A stretch of 64,000 bases of DNA from Rhizobacter sp. (GTDB lineage: Bacteria > Pseudomonadota > Gammaproteobacteria > Burkholderiales > Burkholderiaceae_C), in the NCBI GenBank assembly GCA_025350965.1, contig JANXWV010000072.1:1997-65996 (forward strand). Direction: 5' to 3'. A program made the translations under genes and the position numbers. Shown in pieces: positions 9,323 through 17,919 of this stretch (the first letter of the stretch is position 1; every line of letters begins with the position of its first letter). Below the pieces are notes generated by a model. That model did not search any database, was not told the origin of the DNA, and saw only the letters and a list, made by a program, of their open reading frames with translations.

Positions 9323-10791
9323 GTCGGCCCTGCGAAATCCATCGTCATCCCGTCGGCAGACATGACGTAACCGGCCTGCGTCGGCACTCAGGTTGCTCAT
9401 CTGCTCGCCCGGCGGCAGGTGTTGGAATTCGCAGAACGCGGCCGATGCATGCTGCATAGAACGCCAGTTGCGAGAACACCAAAACAAGGGCTGCCAGCCC
9501 CTTGGCGGCGATCGCCCGCAGCAGCGAGCGGGTGGTGAGCCTGCTGCCACAGCACTGCATGCAACGCGTCACCACTGCTGCCGCCAAGCCAGCAGCGATC
9601 CATGCGGTTGTCGCTCTTCGTGTGGCCGATCGCCGGCGCGATCACCCGGCGCCGCTTGAGCCAGCGGCGCTGCTGCGCATCGAGTAATTTGAACTTGCCA
9701 CGGTGGATGATCTGCACCGGCGCGCAGGCTTCATCGACGCCGCGGAACCCCAGATCAACAACCGCCGTGGTGGGCTTGACGCGGATGTCTTGCAACAGCG
9801 TGTTGGTCTGCTGCAGTTGTTCTGCCAGCGTGTGGCCGTCATACGGATAGCCGGGGAAGGACCGCGCGCCCACCAGCAAGCCGTGCCGGTGCGTGACGGC
9901 CAGGCTGACCTTCACGCCGAACTCGCAGGGCTTGCGCGCCTTGCCCTTGCCGATGCATTCCACCTCGGGCGCATGCAGTGCGTAGAGCTTGTTCTTGCTG
10001 TGGCGCTGCTGGGTGCGGATGCGCTCGGCGCGCGCCAGCCACATCGTCAGCTCTGCGATCGCCAGTGTCATGGGTTCAAGCCCTGCCATCACTTGCGGGC
10101 CTGCCCGCGAAATCGATTCCAGACCGCGCTGTGCATTGCGCATGAGTGCGCCCAGGATCGTGCGCTGGCGCTTGACCGTGCGGCGCAGGCGCTTGAACTG
10201 CTTGGCGTGGGCAAATCCACCGGCCTTGCGACGCAGCTCCTAGCCCTCCTTGGCGAAGGTCTGCTTGAGCGCGATGCCGCAGCGCTCGGCGGCGCTGGCC
10301 CTTTTGTGGCGCGCGATCTCCAACAGGCGGCTGTCGGTCGGGTGCGCGATGGCCTTCTCTTGCACCGTGGTGTCCACGATGATCATCTCGAACTCGGCCT
10401 TCTTGAGCACCCCCATCGAGACCGACGCTCCGATGGTGGACTTGAGCAACTGCTCGACACCCACTTCAACCAGCACACGGAGAAAGCGGCCGATCTGGGT
10501 GACGTCGCACGGCAGGCGCGGCTCGTAGTCCGCCATGCCGCTCGAAAACTGCCAAGCCGCGTTCTCGCTCCAGCTCTCGCAGAGTTCTCAATGGCTGAGG
10601 TTGAAGGCGTGCTTGAGGTACAGCAGTGCCACCATCAAGCGGATTGGCAACCGCGGGCGGCCGGCGTTGCTCAGGCCAGCTCCAGCGAGTTGCGCAATGT
10701 CGATTGGAATCAATCCCGGGAGTTCGCGCCATTGGCGTTCACCCCGCAGAGCAAGCGTCTATGCGGGGTGACGGAGATTTGCAGGGCCGAC
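9323..10791 (-). mobile_element. IS5-family insertion sequence, inactivated
   Basis: Terminal IRs GTCGGCCCTGC (9323-9333) and GCAGGGCCGAC (10781-10791), each flanked by TA; contains transposase fragments. Confidence 0.82.
9397..10680 (-). pseudogene. IS5-family transposase pseudogene
   Basis: LLYLKHAFNLS, IVDTTVQEKAIAHPTDSRLL and KLYALHAPEVECIGKGKARKP.EFGVKVS motifs; in-frame stops near 10588 and 10240 and a degraded C-terminus. Confidence 0.88.
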
Positions 10792-11026
10792 TACGTTACG
10801 GGCAGGCTCGCGGAGCGCGAAGGTCAGTTGAAGCCACCTCGCCCCGCGCAAAAGCCGGCGCGTGACGACCATGAACACAAAGACGATGCCCTGCGACGTT
10901 GCGGAGCAGTTGCGCGCGCTGGAAGAGGCGGCCGCGTGCCTCGATGCCTGGCCCGACGAAGCGCCTGACGACGCGGCGGGCATTGCCAGAGTACCTGGCG
11001 ACATCGCGCGAGCACCCACCCGCGCC

Positions 11027-11821
11027 TTACCCCGGTAGGTCGAACACCCCATGCCGCCCGGCCCCCGCCGCGAAGCGCGCGGCACCCGGCACCGCTTCGG
11101 CGGCCACCACTGCAAACCCACCCGCGCCTTCGCGCTGCAAGGCTTCAGGCATCGGCAAGCTCCATTGCGCGAACGCCGACGCGCGGTCGGCGAGCATGCA
11201 GGCCTGCGGGAATGCGGCGATCTGCCGCGCCAGCGTCTGCGCCTCGGCCAGCGCGTCGCCGTCGGCCACCACACGGTTGGCCAGGCCCATCGCCAGGGCC
11301 TCGTCGGCGGCCACGGGGCGGCCGGTGAGGATCATGTCGAGCGCGCGGCCCATGCCCACGAGGCGGGGCAGGCGCACGGTGCCGCCGTCGATCAGCGGCA
11401 CGCCCCAGCGGCGGCAGAACACGCCGAAGGTGGCGCTGCGTGCGGCCACGCGCAGGTCGCACATCAGCGCCAGTTCCAGCCCGCCCGCGACGGCATAGCC
11501 TTCGATGGCGGCGATCACCGGCTTGGTGAAGGCCATGCGCGTCGGCCCCATCGGGCCGGGGGCGTGGCCGGTGGGCTCGATGGCGTTGCGCAGTGCAGGG
11601 TCGCCCAAGGCCCGCAGATCGGCGCCGGCGCAGAAGTGCCCACCGCTGCCGGTGAACACGGCCACGCGCAAGGTGTCGTCCGCCTCGAAGCGCTCGAACG
11701 CCGCTCGCAGCGCCAGGGCGGTGGGCCCGTCGACGGCATTGCGCCGCTCGATCCGCGCCAGCGTGATCGTCACGATGGCGCCGTCGGCATCGAAGTCAAT
11801 GCTGGGTGTCGGGTTGCTCAT
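11027..11821 (-). CDS. Crotonase/enoyl-CoA hydratase family protein
   Basis: FCAGADL, KPVIAAIEGYAVAGGLELALMCDLRVA and GVPLIDGGTVRLPRLVG. Confidence 0.93.
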   Translation of the reverse strand: MSNPTPSIDFDADGAIVTITLARIERRNAVDGPTALALRAAFERFEADDTLRVAVFTGSGGHFCAGADLRALGDPALRNAIEPTGHAPGPMGPTRMAFTKPVIAAIEGYAVAGGLELALMCDLRVAARSATFGVFCRRWGVPLIDGGTVRLPRLVGMGRALDMILTGRPVAADEALAMGLANRVVADGDALAEAQTLARQIAAFPQACMLADRASAFAQWSLPMPEALQREGAGGFAVVAAEAVPGAARFAAGAGRHGVFDLPG

Positions 11822-11909
11822 GGTGTGGCCCGTGGGTGGGTGCGCGGCTGCGCGGTGGTTGAGGTGATCCGCCTGCATGTTCGGCGACGAGGGCATGGTG
11901 CGGAATATG

Positions 11910-11972
11910 GGCCCGAGAAGTCGGCCTGAGAAGTCGGCCCGAGAAGTCGGCCCGAGAAGTCGGCTCGAGAAG
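11910..11972. repeat. 13-bp tandem repeat GGCCCGAGAAGTC, ~5 units
   Basis: Read directly; three exact and two variant units. Confidence 0.9.
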
Positions 11973-12275
11973 CGCCTGCAGCTACCAGTGCCCCACATCG
12001 TGCACAACAACGATTCGTGGGGCGTGATCCGCCAGGGCCAGCCCGCCGCACTCGACCTCGAGTTCCACACTTCGCTCGCCGGTACCGACCATGCCGCCAT
12101 CATCTGTGGCTTCGACTGCCACAACGAGCGCGTCAACGATGCACGCGAAAGCGCTGCCGCAATCGAGCGCGCGTGCGTCCGGACTGCCTGCGGTGATCGA
12201 CTGTTGCACGAGGTCCGTTTCGCACCCGGAAGCGCCGGCGTTCGGCAGCGTGAACCGCCACGGATTCGCGGCAAA
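11972..12275 (+). pseudogene. Degenerate copy of the 3' end of the TPP-enzyme gene (paralog of ~8428-8730)
   Basis: RLQLPVPHIVHNNDSWGVIRQGQ..ALDLEFHTSLAGTD aligns with the 7013-8767 C-terminus; frameshift near 12175; no 5' part. Confidence 0.88.
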
Positions 12276-12473
12276 GCCTAGCGCGTGAATTCGTTTCACC
12301 AGTCTTGGATGTCCTATGGATCACCCCTCGTTCCAGGGGGACGGGCCGCGCCCCGCTCCGCACACAATCTTCGAGTCGTGGCGGTGCTGCGTTGCCGAAT
12401 AACTACTGACAAGTTGAGTGTCCCTGCCTGCACCATTGCCTGAAGTTAACACTAACCACAAGGAAAAGTACAA

Positions 12474-13286
12474 ATGCCATTCTTCGGAAACACCAAAAGT
12501 TTTCTGGCTCTGGCCTGCCTGGTGGCCGCGCCGTCTCTGGCCTCGGCAGTCGAAATCTCCAAGACCGTCGACGTCAGCGTCTATCAGGTCTGTGCTTCTG
12601 CCGCTGAATGCGCCAGCACAGGTCCGGTGGGGAATTCCTACTACGCCGCCGAAACCAACAAGATCTGGGCTCAAGCTGGCATCAGCGTGACCTTCTCGTT
12701 TGTTTCGCAGATCGTGAATAGCTACTACTACAACCTGAGCGACAACACCGTGGGTGTCGCCACGTTCGACGATCTGTACAACTCCGTCTTCCCCGGCTTG
12801 GCTCGCGTGAACCACACGAGCGTGGCCATGTTCCTCATCAACGACTACGACGGCGCTTATGGTGTGGGCTTCAGCGGGGCCGGTGGCTTGGTCATGTCCA
12901 TGTCCGCGATCAGTAGCTTCGATTGCGGCGGCCAAGTTGGCTGCACGGGCCGGATTGACACGCTGGCGCACGAGTTGGGCCACAACTTCGGTCTCGTCCC
13001 GGAGTATTTTCCCGACTATGCGGGTGCCGCTGATCCCGGTCATTCGATCAATCCAAACGATCTGATGGCCGGTGGCGGCATCCGCAACGTTCCGACGACG
13101 CTGGCCGATGTCAATCCGGATGGTCTGGGCTTGGACCGCCTGCCGCAGAGTCACATCGACTATGCGCGCCAAAGTTCGCTTCTGCGCGATGTTGCCGTGA
13201 CCGCGGTGCCAGAACCGAGCACGTACGCGCTGCTCGGTTTGGGGCTGGCCGCGATCACGGCTGTTCGCCGCCGTCGCGCGGCTTGA
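12474..13286 (+). CDS. PEP-CTERM-anchored zinc metallopeptidase-like protein
   Basis: Signal peptide, TLAHELGHNFGL zinc motif, NDLM Met-turn-like motif, C-terminal VPEPSTYALLGLGL..RRRR. Confidence 0.85.
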   Translation: MPFFGNTKSFLALACLVAAPSLASAVEISKTVDVSVYQVCASAAECASTGPVGNSYYAAETNKIWAQAGISVTFSFVSQIVNSYYYNLSDNTVGVATFDDLYNSVFPGLARVNHTSVAMFLINDYDGAYGVGFSGAGGLVMSMSAISSFDCGGQVGCTGRIDTLAHELGHNFGLVPEYFPDYAGAADPGHSINPNDLMAGGGIRNVPTTLADVNPDGLGLDRLPQSHIDYARQSSLLRDVAVTAVPEPSTYALLGLGLAAITAVRRRRAA

Positions 13287-13885
13287 GCCTGCCCGACGCG
13301 CTCTACGAAGACGTGCGTCGACGTCGGTTTCTGTGCTCGGCGATCCTGGTGGGGGCAGGGCTCACCTCGGCTCGGGCGGTTGGCGTGAAGCTTGTGGTTG
13401 CCGACCGTATCGTGCTGCCCCCGGACAGCCGAGAGTTCCGTTCCGCATCGGGCAACTATGTTTTCACGCTGGTCACGGTGGACCATTGGAAGTCGCGTCT
13501 TGCGTTGGCGGAACTGTCTGTGCAAAGCGGTGCGAAGTCGACCAGCCTGTGGCAAAAAATGCTGCCGCAGGAGCAGGGCCCCCGACACGTATTGGTCGCC
13601 GACAGCGGTGCGGTGCTGCTGACGGACGAGTGGATCAATGTGCCGTCGCGCCATGCACTACTGCTTTTCGCGCCAGACGGCCGCGAACTTGCCCGGTACG
13701 GGATCGATGACATCGTGCGGCTGCTCGGCGTTTCACGTAGAACGGTCGCGGATCACGGCAGGCTCGGGCTGTGGATGAGTGCGGCGCCGGTGGTGTCGAG
13801 CAATGCAAGTGTGGTGACCATTCCCAGTGGTGGCCGCAAATTGACACTGCATCTTGTGGATGGCCAGCTTACCGTCAGCGATTGA
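13283..13885 (+). CDS. Hypothetical exported protein (RRRFL twin-arginine-like N-terminus)
   Basis: 200-aa ORF whose TTG overlaps the upstream TGA; RRRRFLC followed by a hydrophobic stretch. Confidence 0.6.
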   Translation: MSLPDALYEDVRRRRFLCSAILVGAGLTSARAVGVKLVVADRIVLPPDSREFRSASGNYVFTLVTVDHWKSRLALAELSVQSGAKSTSLWQKMLPQEQGPRHVLVADSGAVLLTDEWINVPSRHALLLFAPDGRELARYGIDDIVRLLGVSRRTVADHGRLGLWMSAAPVVSSNASVVTIPSGGRKLTLHLVDGQLTVSD

Positions 13886-14090
13886 GGTTGCTCTTCAGTC
13901 ACCGTCTGCCCGATCCTGAAGTTCAGGGACTGCGGGCTCAACGAAAACCGCGAACCCGCCTGGACACTCGCCCGCTCTCTTTCGACAGAGACCGCTTCCT
14001 GGCGATCCAGTTCGTAGACCAAACATTTGCAGCTGTGGGTCGAACCCATTTTCGGGAGCGCCCATATTTCCAACATGTCGCAGACGTTAG

Positions 14091-14480
14091 TTGATCGCCC
14101 CTGCGTCGGCCGCCTGCGATGAGCCAGGCGCGTCGATCTCCGGGGTAGCCCTCGAGCACGGCCTGAACGCCAACCTCGTTCACAAGTGGCGCTCCGGTCG
14201 CGGCGTCAAGCTCGCCACCCGCGTGGCGGTTGAGCCATCCCCGAAGAGTGAGGTGCCCAGGCTACCCATGCCGGAAACATCGCTGCTTCTCGCCGCCGGC
14301 GCCGAGTTCATTGCGATCAAGATGCCCGCACCTGCCAAGATGGCGCCGCGAGTTGCGGCCAATCCGTCCGACGCGGCGCCGATTGCCGAGCCGCTGATCC
14401 AGGTCGAACTTCGCCGCGGTCCGCTGCACCGCACCGGGCGCTGGCCTGCGTCGGCTGCCGATGACTGTACGGTCTGGTGA
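14091..14480 (+). pseudogene. IS66-family TnpA (HTH) remnant
   Basis: EPGASISGVALEHGLNANLVHKWR and IQVELRRG motifs; 5' end truncated. Confidence 0.78.
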
Positions 14481-14506
14481 CGCGAACTGCCCTCGGGCCT
14501 GCTCAA

Positions 14507-14695
14507 GTGATCCGCATCGAGCAACGATGGCTGTGCACCGCGCCGAAGGACATGCGCGCCGGCGCCGAGCGGCTCATGAGCTGCGTCGCGCTGCCTTTTC
14601 GCCAACGCGCGGGCCACGCGCATCAAGCTGCTGGTCCACGACGGATTCGGCGGGTGGTGCGCCGCGCAGCGTCTGAGCGCTGGCCACTTCGCATT
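14507..14695 (+). pseudogene. IS66-family TnpB accessory protein remnant
   Basis: VIRIEQ.WL...P.DMRAG, then RIKLLVHDGFG.WCAA.RL in a shifted frame; truncated, no TnpC. Confidence 0.75.
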
Positions 14696-14768
14696 TACCA
14701 GGCTTCAGATTGATGACTTCAAACACCACCAATCTTGGCGCATCGTCGCCGTCGCCCGGAGGTGGGTA

Positions 14769-14840
14769 GTCTCTTCGCACTCCCATCGAGCGGACTCGCT
14801 CCGGCCTGCGGCCTCCGCGAGCCGTTCATGTCAAACGTTA
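14769..14840 (+). other. Integron attC site (left part), interrupted by IS1595 at its R' core
   Basis: ATCGAGCGGAC, central hairpin, then GCCGTTCATGTCAAAC-GTTA; removing the IS restores GTTAGAC (GTTRRRY). The R'' core is degenerate (GTCTCTT). Confidence 0.75.
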
Positions 14841-14905
14841 CGGAAGTATGTACTTGACAAACGCAGATTGAAAGCCGATCATTGCTCTATTCCCGGAGCA
14901 ATGAC

Positions 14906-15829
14906 ATGGCCGAAGCAATCCACACCGCAGCACGATTCAACGATGAAGACGCGGCGCGCGAGCATCTTGAATCGATCCGCTGGCCCAATGGCCCGGTATG
15001 CCCGCACTGCGGCGGCACAGACCGCAATAGCCGCCTGAACGGCACGTCGCATCGTCCCGGCCTGCTGTTCTGCGGCGACTGCCGTATGCAGTTCAGCGTG
15101 ACCGTTGGCACTGTATTCGAGCGTTCCAAGGTCGCGCTTCACAAGTGGGTCTATGCCTCGCACCTGATGTGCGCAAGCAAGAAGGGGATCAGCGCCAAGC
15201 AGTTGGAACGCATGCTTGGCGTGACCTACAAAACCGCATGGTTCATGGCACACCGCATTCGTGAAGCCATGAACATCGAGCCGACAGGCCAACTCGGCGG
15301 GAGCGGCGCACCGGTCGAAGTCGATGAAACCTATTGGGGCAACGTCGGCAAGCACACGCCGGGCGCTCGCAGTTTCCATCACAAGATGAAGATCGTCACG
15401 CTGGTCGAGCGTGATGGTGAGAAGCGCTCGTATCACTTGCCTTCGGTCAACCACAAAACCCTGTTCCCGATCATGCAAGCGCAGATCGCAGAGAAGGCTC
15501 GCTTGATGACCGATCAGGCCGGCGTGTACGAGAAGATCGGCCCGAGCTTTGGCTCGCATGAAGTGGTGAACCACTCGAAGAAAGAATATGCGCGCGGTGA
15601 CGTAACGACGAACACGGTCGAGTCGAGTTTCGCGATCCTCAAGCGCGGCCTCTACGGCACGTTCCACAGCGTTAGCGAGCAGCATCTGCAACGCTACGCG
15701 ACTGAGTTCGACTTCCGTTGGAACACGCGCCAAGCGCTGGGCTTCAATGACGCCGATCGCGCAGCCGTGACGTTGAAGAACATCGGCGGCAAGCGACTGA
15801 CATATCGGCGATCTGGTCAAGCCTCCTAA
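14906..15829 (+). CDS. IS1595-family transposase
   Basis: RWPNGPVCPHCG zinc ribbon, FSVTVGTVFE, GVTYKTAWFM.HRIRE, VEVDETY, LMTD, VNHS, TNTVES and EFDFRWN; RBS GGAG. Confidence 0.95.
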   Translation: MAEAIHTAARFNDEDAAREHLESIRWPNGPVCPHCGGTDRNSRLNGTSHRPGLLFCGDCRMQFSVTVGTVFERSKVALHKWVYASHLMCASKKGISAKQLERMLGVTYKTAWFMAHRIREAMNIEPTGQLGGSGAPVEVDETYWGNVGKHTPGARSFHHKMKIVTLVERDGEKRSYHLPSVNHKTLFPIMQAQIAEKARLMTDQAGVYEKIGPSFGSHEVVNHSKKEYARGDVTTNTVESSFAILKRGLYGTFHSVSEQHLQRYATEFDFRWNTRQALGFNDADRAAVTLKNIGGKRLTYRRSGQAS

Positions 15830-16329
15830 GCCTGATCCCCCGTAGAGTCTCGAGGGTCTCCAAACAACGGGATCGTCCCCTTCGGGAGAGGAAGAGTGTC
15901 AACGTGAACGGCGGCAATGCCAGCCGTCGTTGCGTATCTTCCGATGTCGCCATCGAGGTGGTAGAGGCAAGTAGCGCCGTGCGCTTTTGCGGCAGCAACG
16001 ATCATCCAGTCAAACTTAAATTTCGTCTTGGTGACATTGCGGCGGTCCTTGAGAGCGAAGGCCCGTTCTAGCAACTCTGCGCACTCAATGGCGGCTCGCT
16101 GGGAGAACGGCTCAATCCGAAAGAACTTTGATGATTCGATCTTCTTGTAATAGGAGCTCTTCGCGCTGTCAGCCTTTACAAGGAACTCGGCATACGCTGG
16201 GGTTGGGACCATCACCCTGTCGCCCTTTTGCTCAAGGGTCTTAACGAGAAGGTCGAGGCGTTCGCGGCGCTCACCAAACAAGTTGGGATTGAATAGGTCA
16301 ACGAGGACAGAGGTATCGAAGACAACCAT
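15826..16329 (-). CDS. PIN-domain (VapC-like) nuclease, IS1595 passenger
   Basis: MVVFDTSVL N-terminus, P.PAYAEFLV, KFDWMIVAAA and YHLDGD acidic PIN motifs; starts directly after the upstream TAG. Confidence 0.82.
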   Translation of the reverse strand: MVVFDTSVLVDLFNPNLFGERRERLDLLVKTLEQKGDRVMVPTPAYAEFLVKADSAKSSYYKKIESSKFFRIEPFSQRAAIECAELLERAFALKDRRNVTKTKFKFDWMIVAAAKAHGATCLYHLDGDIGRYATTAGIAAVHVDTLPLPKGTIPLFGDPRDSTGDQA

Positions 16330-17079
16330 CTAGTCGTCACGCAGCTTGCGCAGTTCTGCCTGAGCATCATCGGCGCTGTTCCAGCCACTGCCTTCGACCT
16401 TGCGCATGTCATCGACAAACGCTGAAAGCGATGAGCCTGCCTCTATCTCCGCGAAGTCCTTAATGTCGAACTGTTGAAGTTCCCACACCCCATCTCCGCC
16501 TCTTGTCCACTTACCCTTGCCGCTGACTTTGATCTCGCCCTCGAAGAGAAATCCGGCGAGCCGCTTGGCAACGTCCTTGCTGGCCCGACACGGGTAATAC
16601 TCGCCGTCGCCGAGCATGGTTATGGGCACCGCCTTCTCGTTCCTACTACGGCCTCCGACCCTAACAACCGAACCCGTGAGTTCGCCCGACTCGTGAATGG
16701 TGACTTCTTCCGAAATTGGGGTCTTGCGGCCGGGGAAGTTGATGATGCGCGGACCCGGATCAGCCTTAACGTATCCGACTCCTCCGTCTTCCATCAACAT
16801 TCGATTTATGTCGTTGCGAACTGATGCTGTCTCCGGGTCTGGCGCTACGCTAGTGCCGCCGACCAATCGAAGATAGACAGCCTTAGCGGCTTGCTCCTCA
16901 ACCATCAAGAACTGTCGATGGCTACCTGGCCTCACCTTGAGAAAATGAACGAAGTCTGTCTCACCAAAGAGCGTCGCCAACTTATCGAGGTATTGCGCCA
17001 TCCGCTTTGCGGGCAGCGTCTCAGGCTCCCAGCAATCCATGCGGAAGAGGTACTTTGTGGGCGGCGCGATCATGTCCAT
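16330..17079 (-). CDS. Hypothetical protein coupled to the PIN gene, IS1595 passenger
   Basis: ~249-aa ORF of lower GC whose stop abuts the PIN ATG; C-terminal G.VVRVGGR..G.GKW.R segment looks OB-fold-like. Confidence 0.75.
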   Translation of the reverse strand: MDMIAPPTKYLFRMDCWEPETLPAKRMAQYLDKLATLFGETDFVHFLKVRPGSHRQFLMVEEQAAKAVYLRLVGGTSVAPDPETASVRNDINRMLMEDGGVGYVKADPGPRIINFPGRKTPISEEVTIHESGELTGSVVRVGGRSRNEKAVPITMLGDGEYYPCRASKDVAKRLAGFLFEGEIKVSGKGKWTRGGDGVWELQQFDIKDFAEIEAGSSLSAFVDDMRKVEGSGWNSADDAQAELRKLRDD

Positions 17080-17197
17080 GGTGGGGCCTATGATGCCATC
17101 CGTAGGGGGCAGCGTGAAGAGGTAAAACACGTTGCCCACAACGCCGCAGGGCACAGATCACGTTGCCCTATTGGCATGCTAGTCGCGAGGTTCAACC

Positions 17198-17326
17198 GTG
17201 AAGCCAAAACAACCTACACCCGCACCGTCTAGCGATGAAGTGCTTCGGCGAATGCTGGCAACACCGCCAGCTCCGCACAAGCCCGCAACAGCGCCAGCAA
17301 AGAAGCAGCCAAAGCGCGCGAAGTAG
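17198..17326 (+). CDS. Small basic 42-aa protein at the IS1595 right end (DEVLRRMLATPP..HK)
   Basis: GTG start after GAGG. The motif resembles small ORFs I recall from IS1595 elements. Below the ORF-track length cutoff. Confidence 0.6.
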   Translation: MKPKQPTPAPSSDEVLRRMLATPPAPHKPATAPAKKQPKRAK

Positions 17327-17449
17327 CCGCGCTTGGCTGTTCTTTCCGGCCTGTCAGGGCTGGACTTTGACGTTACGATTTGCATGTGTCAAGTACATAC
17401 TTCCGAAACGTTAGACGGCTCAAAACACTCAGTCTGGTACGACGCGCGG

Positions 17450-17689
17450 GTAGCGCGCACAGTTGTACGCGATGGAAAGTTCCGTTTGTTCTTCTTTTTC
17501 CGGGAAGAAACTCGAATTCACGTCCACGTTGAGCACCCCGACGGTGAAGCGAAATTCTGGTTTACGCCGCAGATTGCACTCTCAACACACACTGGCTTTT
17601 CAAAGCGTCAACTGCAGGAAGCACAGTCCGTAGTCGAGGCTCACCTTACGGAGATCCAAAAAGCCTGGAACCATCACTTCGGCGGCTGA
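17450..17689 (+). pseudogene. DUF4160-like cassette gene (start codon apparently lost)
   Basis: FRLFFF.REE.R.HVHV....GEAKFW..P and AWN.HFG; the expected start position reads GTA. Confidence 0.75.
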
Positions 17690-17918
17690 AGTCACGCACG
17701 TTTCAAAGCACGGCTTTTGGTTGCTGCTCGACGCGGAAGAACTACTTGTCCCCTTCGAGCTTTTCCCGTGGTTCAAGAAAGCAACCATTGAGCAGCTCTC
17801 GGATGTTCAGTGGCCAACGCCAAATCATCTGCATTGGCCGCAACTGGACGCTGATTTTTCAGTCGAGTCAATTCGTGATCCCGCTGCCTTTCCGCTCGTT
17901 TCAATGGCAGCCGCTTAA
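17661..17918 (+). pseudogene. DUF2442-like cassette gene (ATG appears mutated to AAG)
   Basis: PG..TSAAEVTHVSKHGFWLLL..EEL..PF..FPWF..AT...HLHWP.LD.D.S.ESI..P..FPL; overlaps the DUF4160 gene. Confidence 0.78.
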
Positions 17919-17919
17919 C
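17913..17919 (+). other. Remnant attC R'' core (GCTTAAC) containing the DUF2442 stop; rest replaced by the IS110 end
   Basis: RYYYAAC overlapping the TAA stop, typical cassette architecture. Confidence 0.55.

Larger units (their letters stand above)
14841..17405 (+). mobile_element. Complete IS1595-family element with passenger genes (2565 bp)
   Basis: 25-bp IRs CGGAAGTATGTACTTGACA(AAC/CAT)GCA (23/25 match); 8-bp TSD AAACGTTA at 14833-14840 and 17406-17413. Confidence 0.95.

Noticed and set aside
10871-11038. 56-codon ORF MNTKTMPCDVAEQLRALEE..
   Set aside because: Short, no RBS or known motif, overlaps the crotonase end; unsupported.
11910-11972. Short tandem repeats (also 2127-2288, 17990-18031, 42892-43020) as CRISPR arrays
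   Set aside because: Units are contiguous with no unique spacers, are too short, and no cas genes are present.
8428-12275. TPP 3'-end repeat pair as a diversity-generating retroelement VR/TR
   Set aside because: Mismatches are not adenine-specific, there are indels, and no reverse transcriptase is in the window.
13886-14090. Possible further cassette or attC (..GACGTTAGTT near 14085)
   Set aside because: GTTAGTT does not fit GTTRRRY and I found no paired L boxes or RYYYAAC.
14879-15820. 313-aa antisense ORF mirroring the IS1595 transposase
   Set aside because: Shadow frame of a clearly recognisable gene; no motifs of its own.
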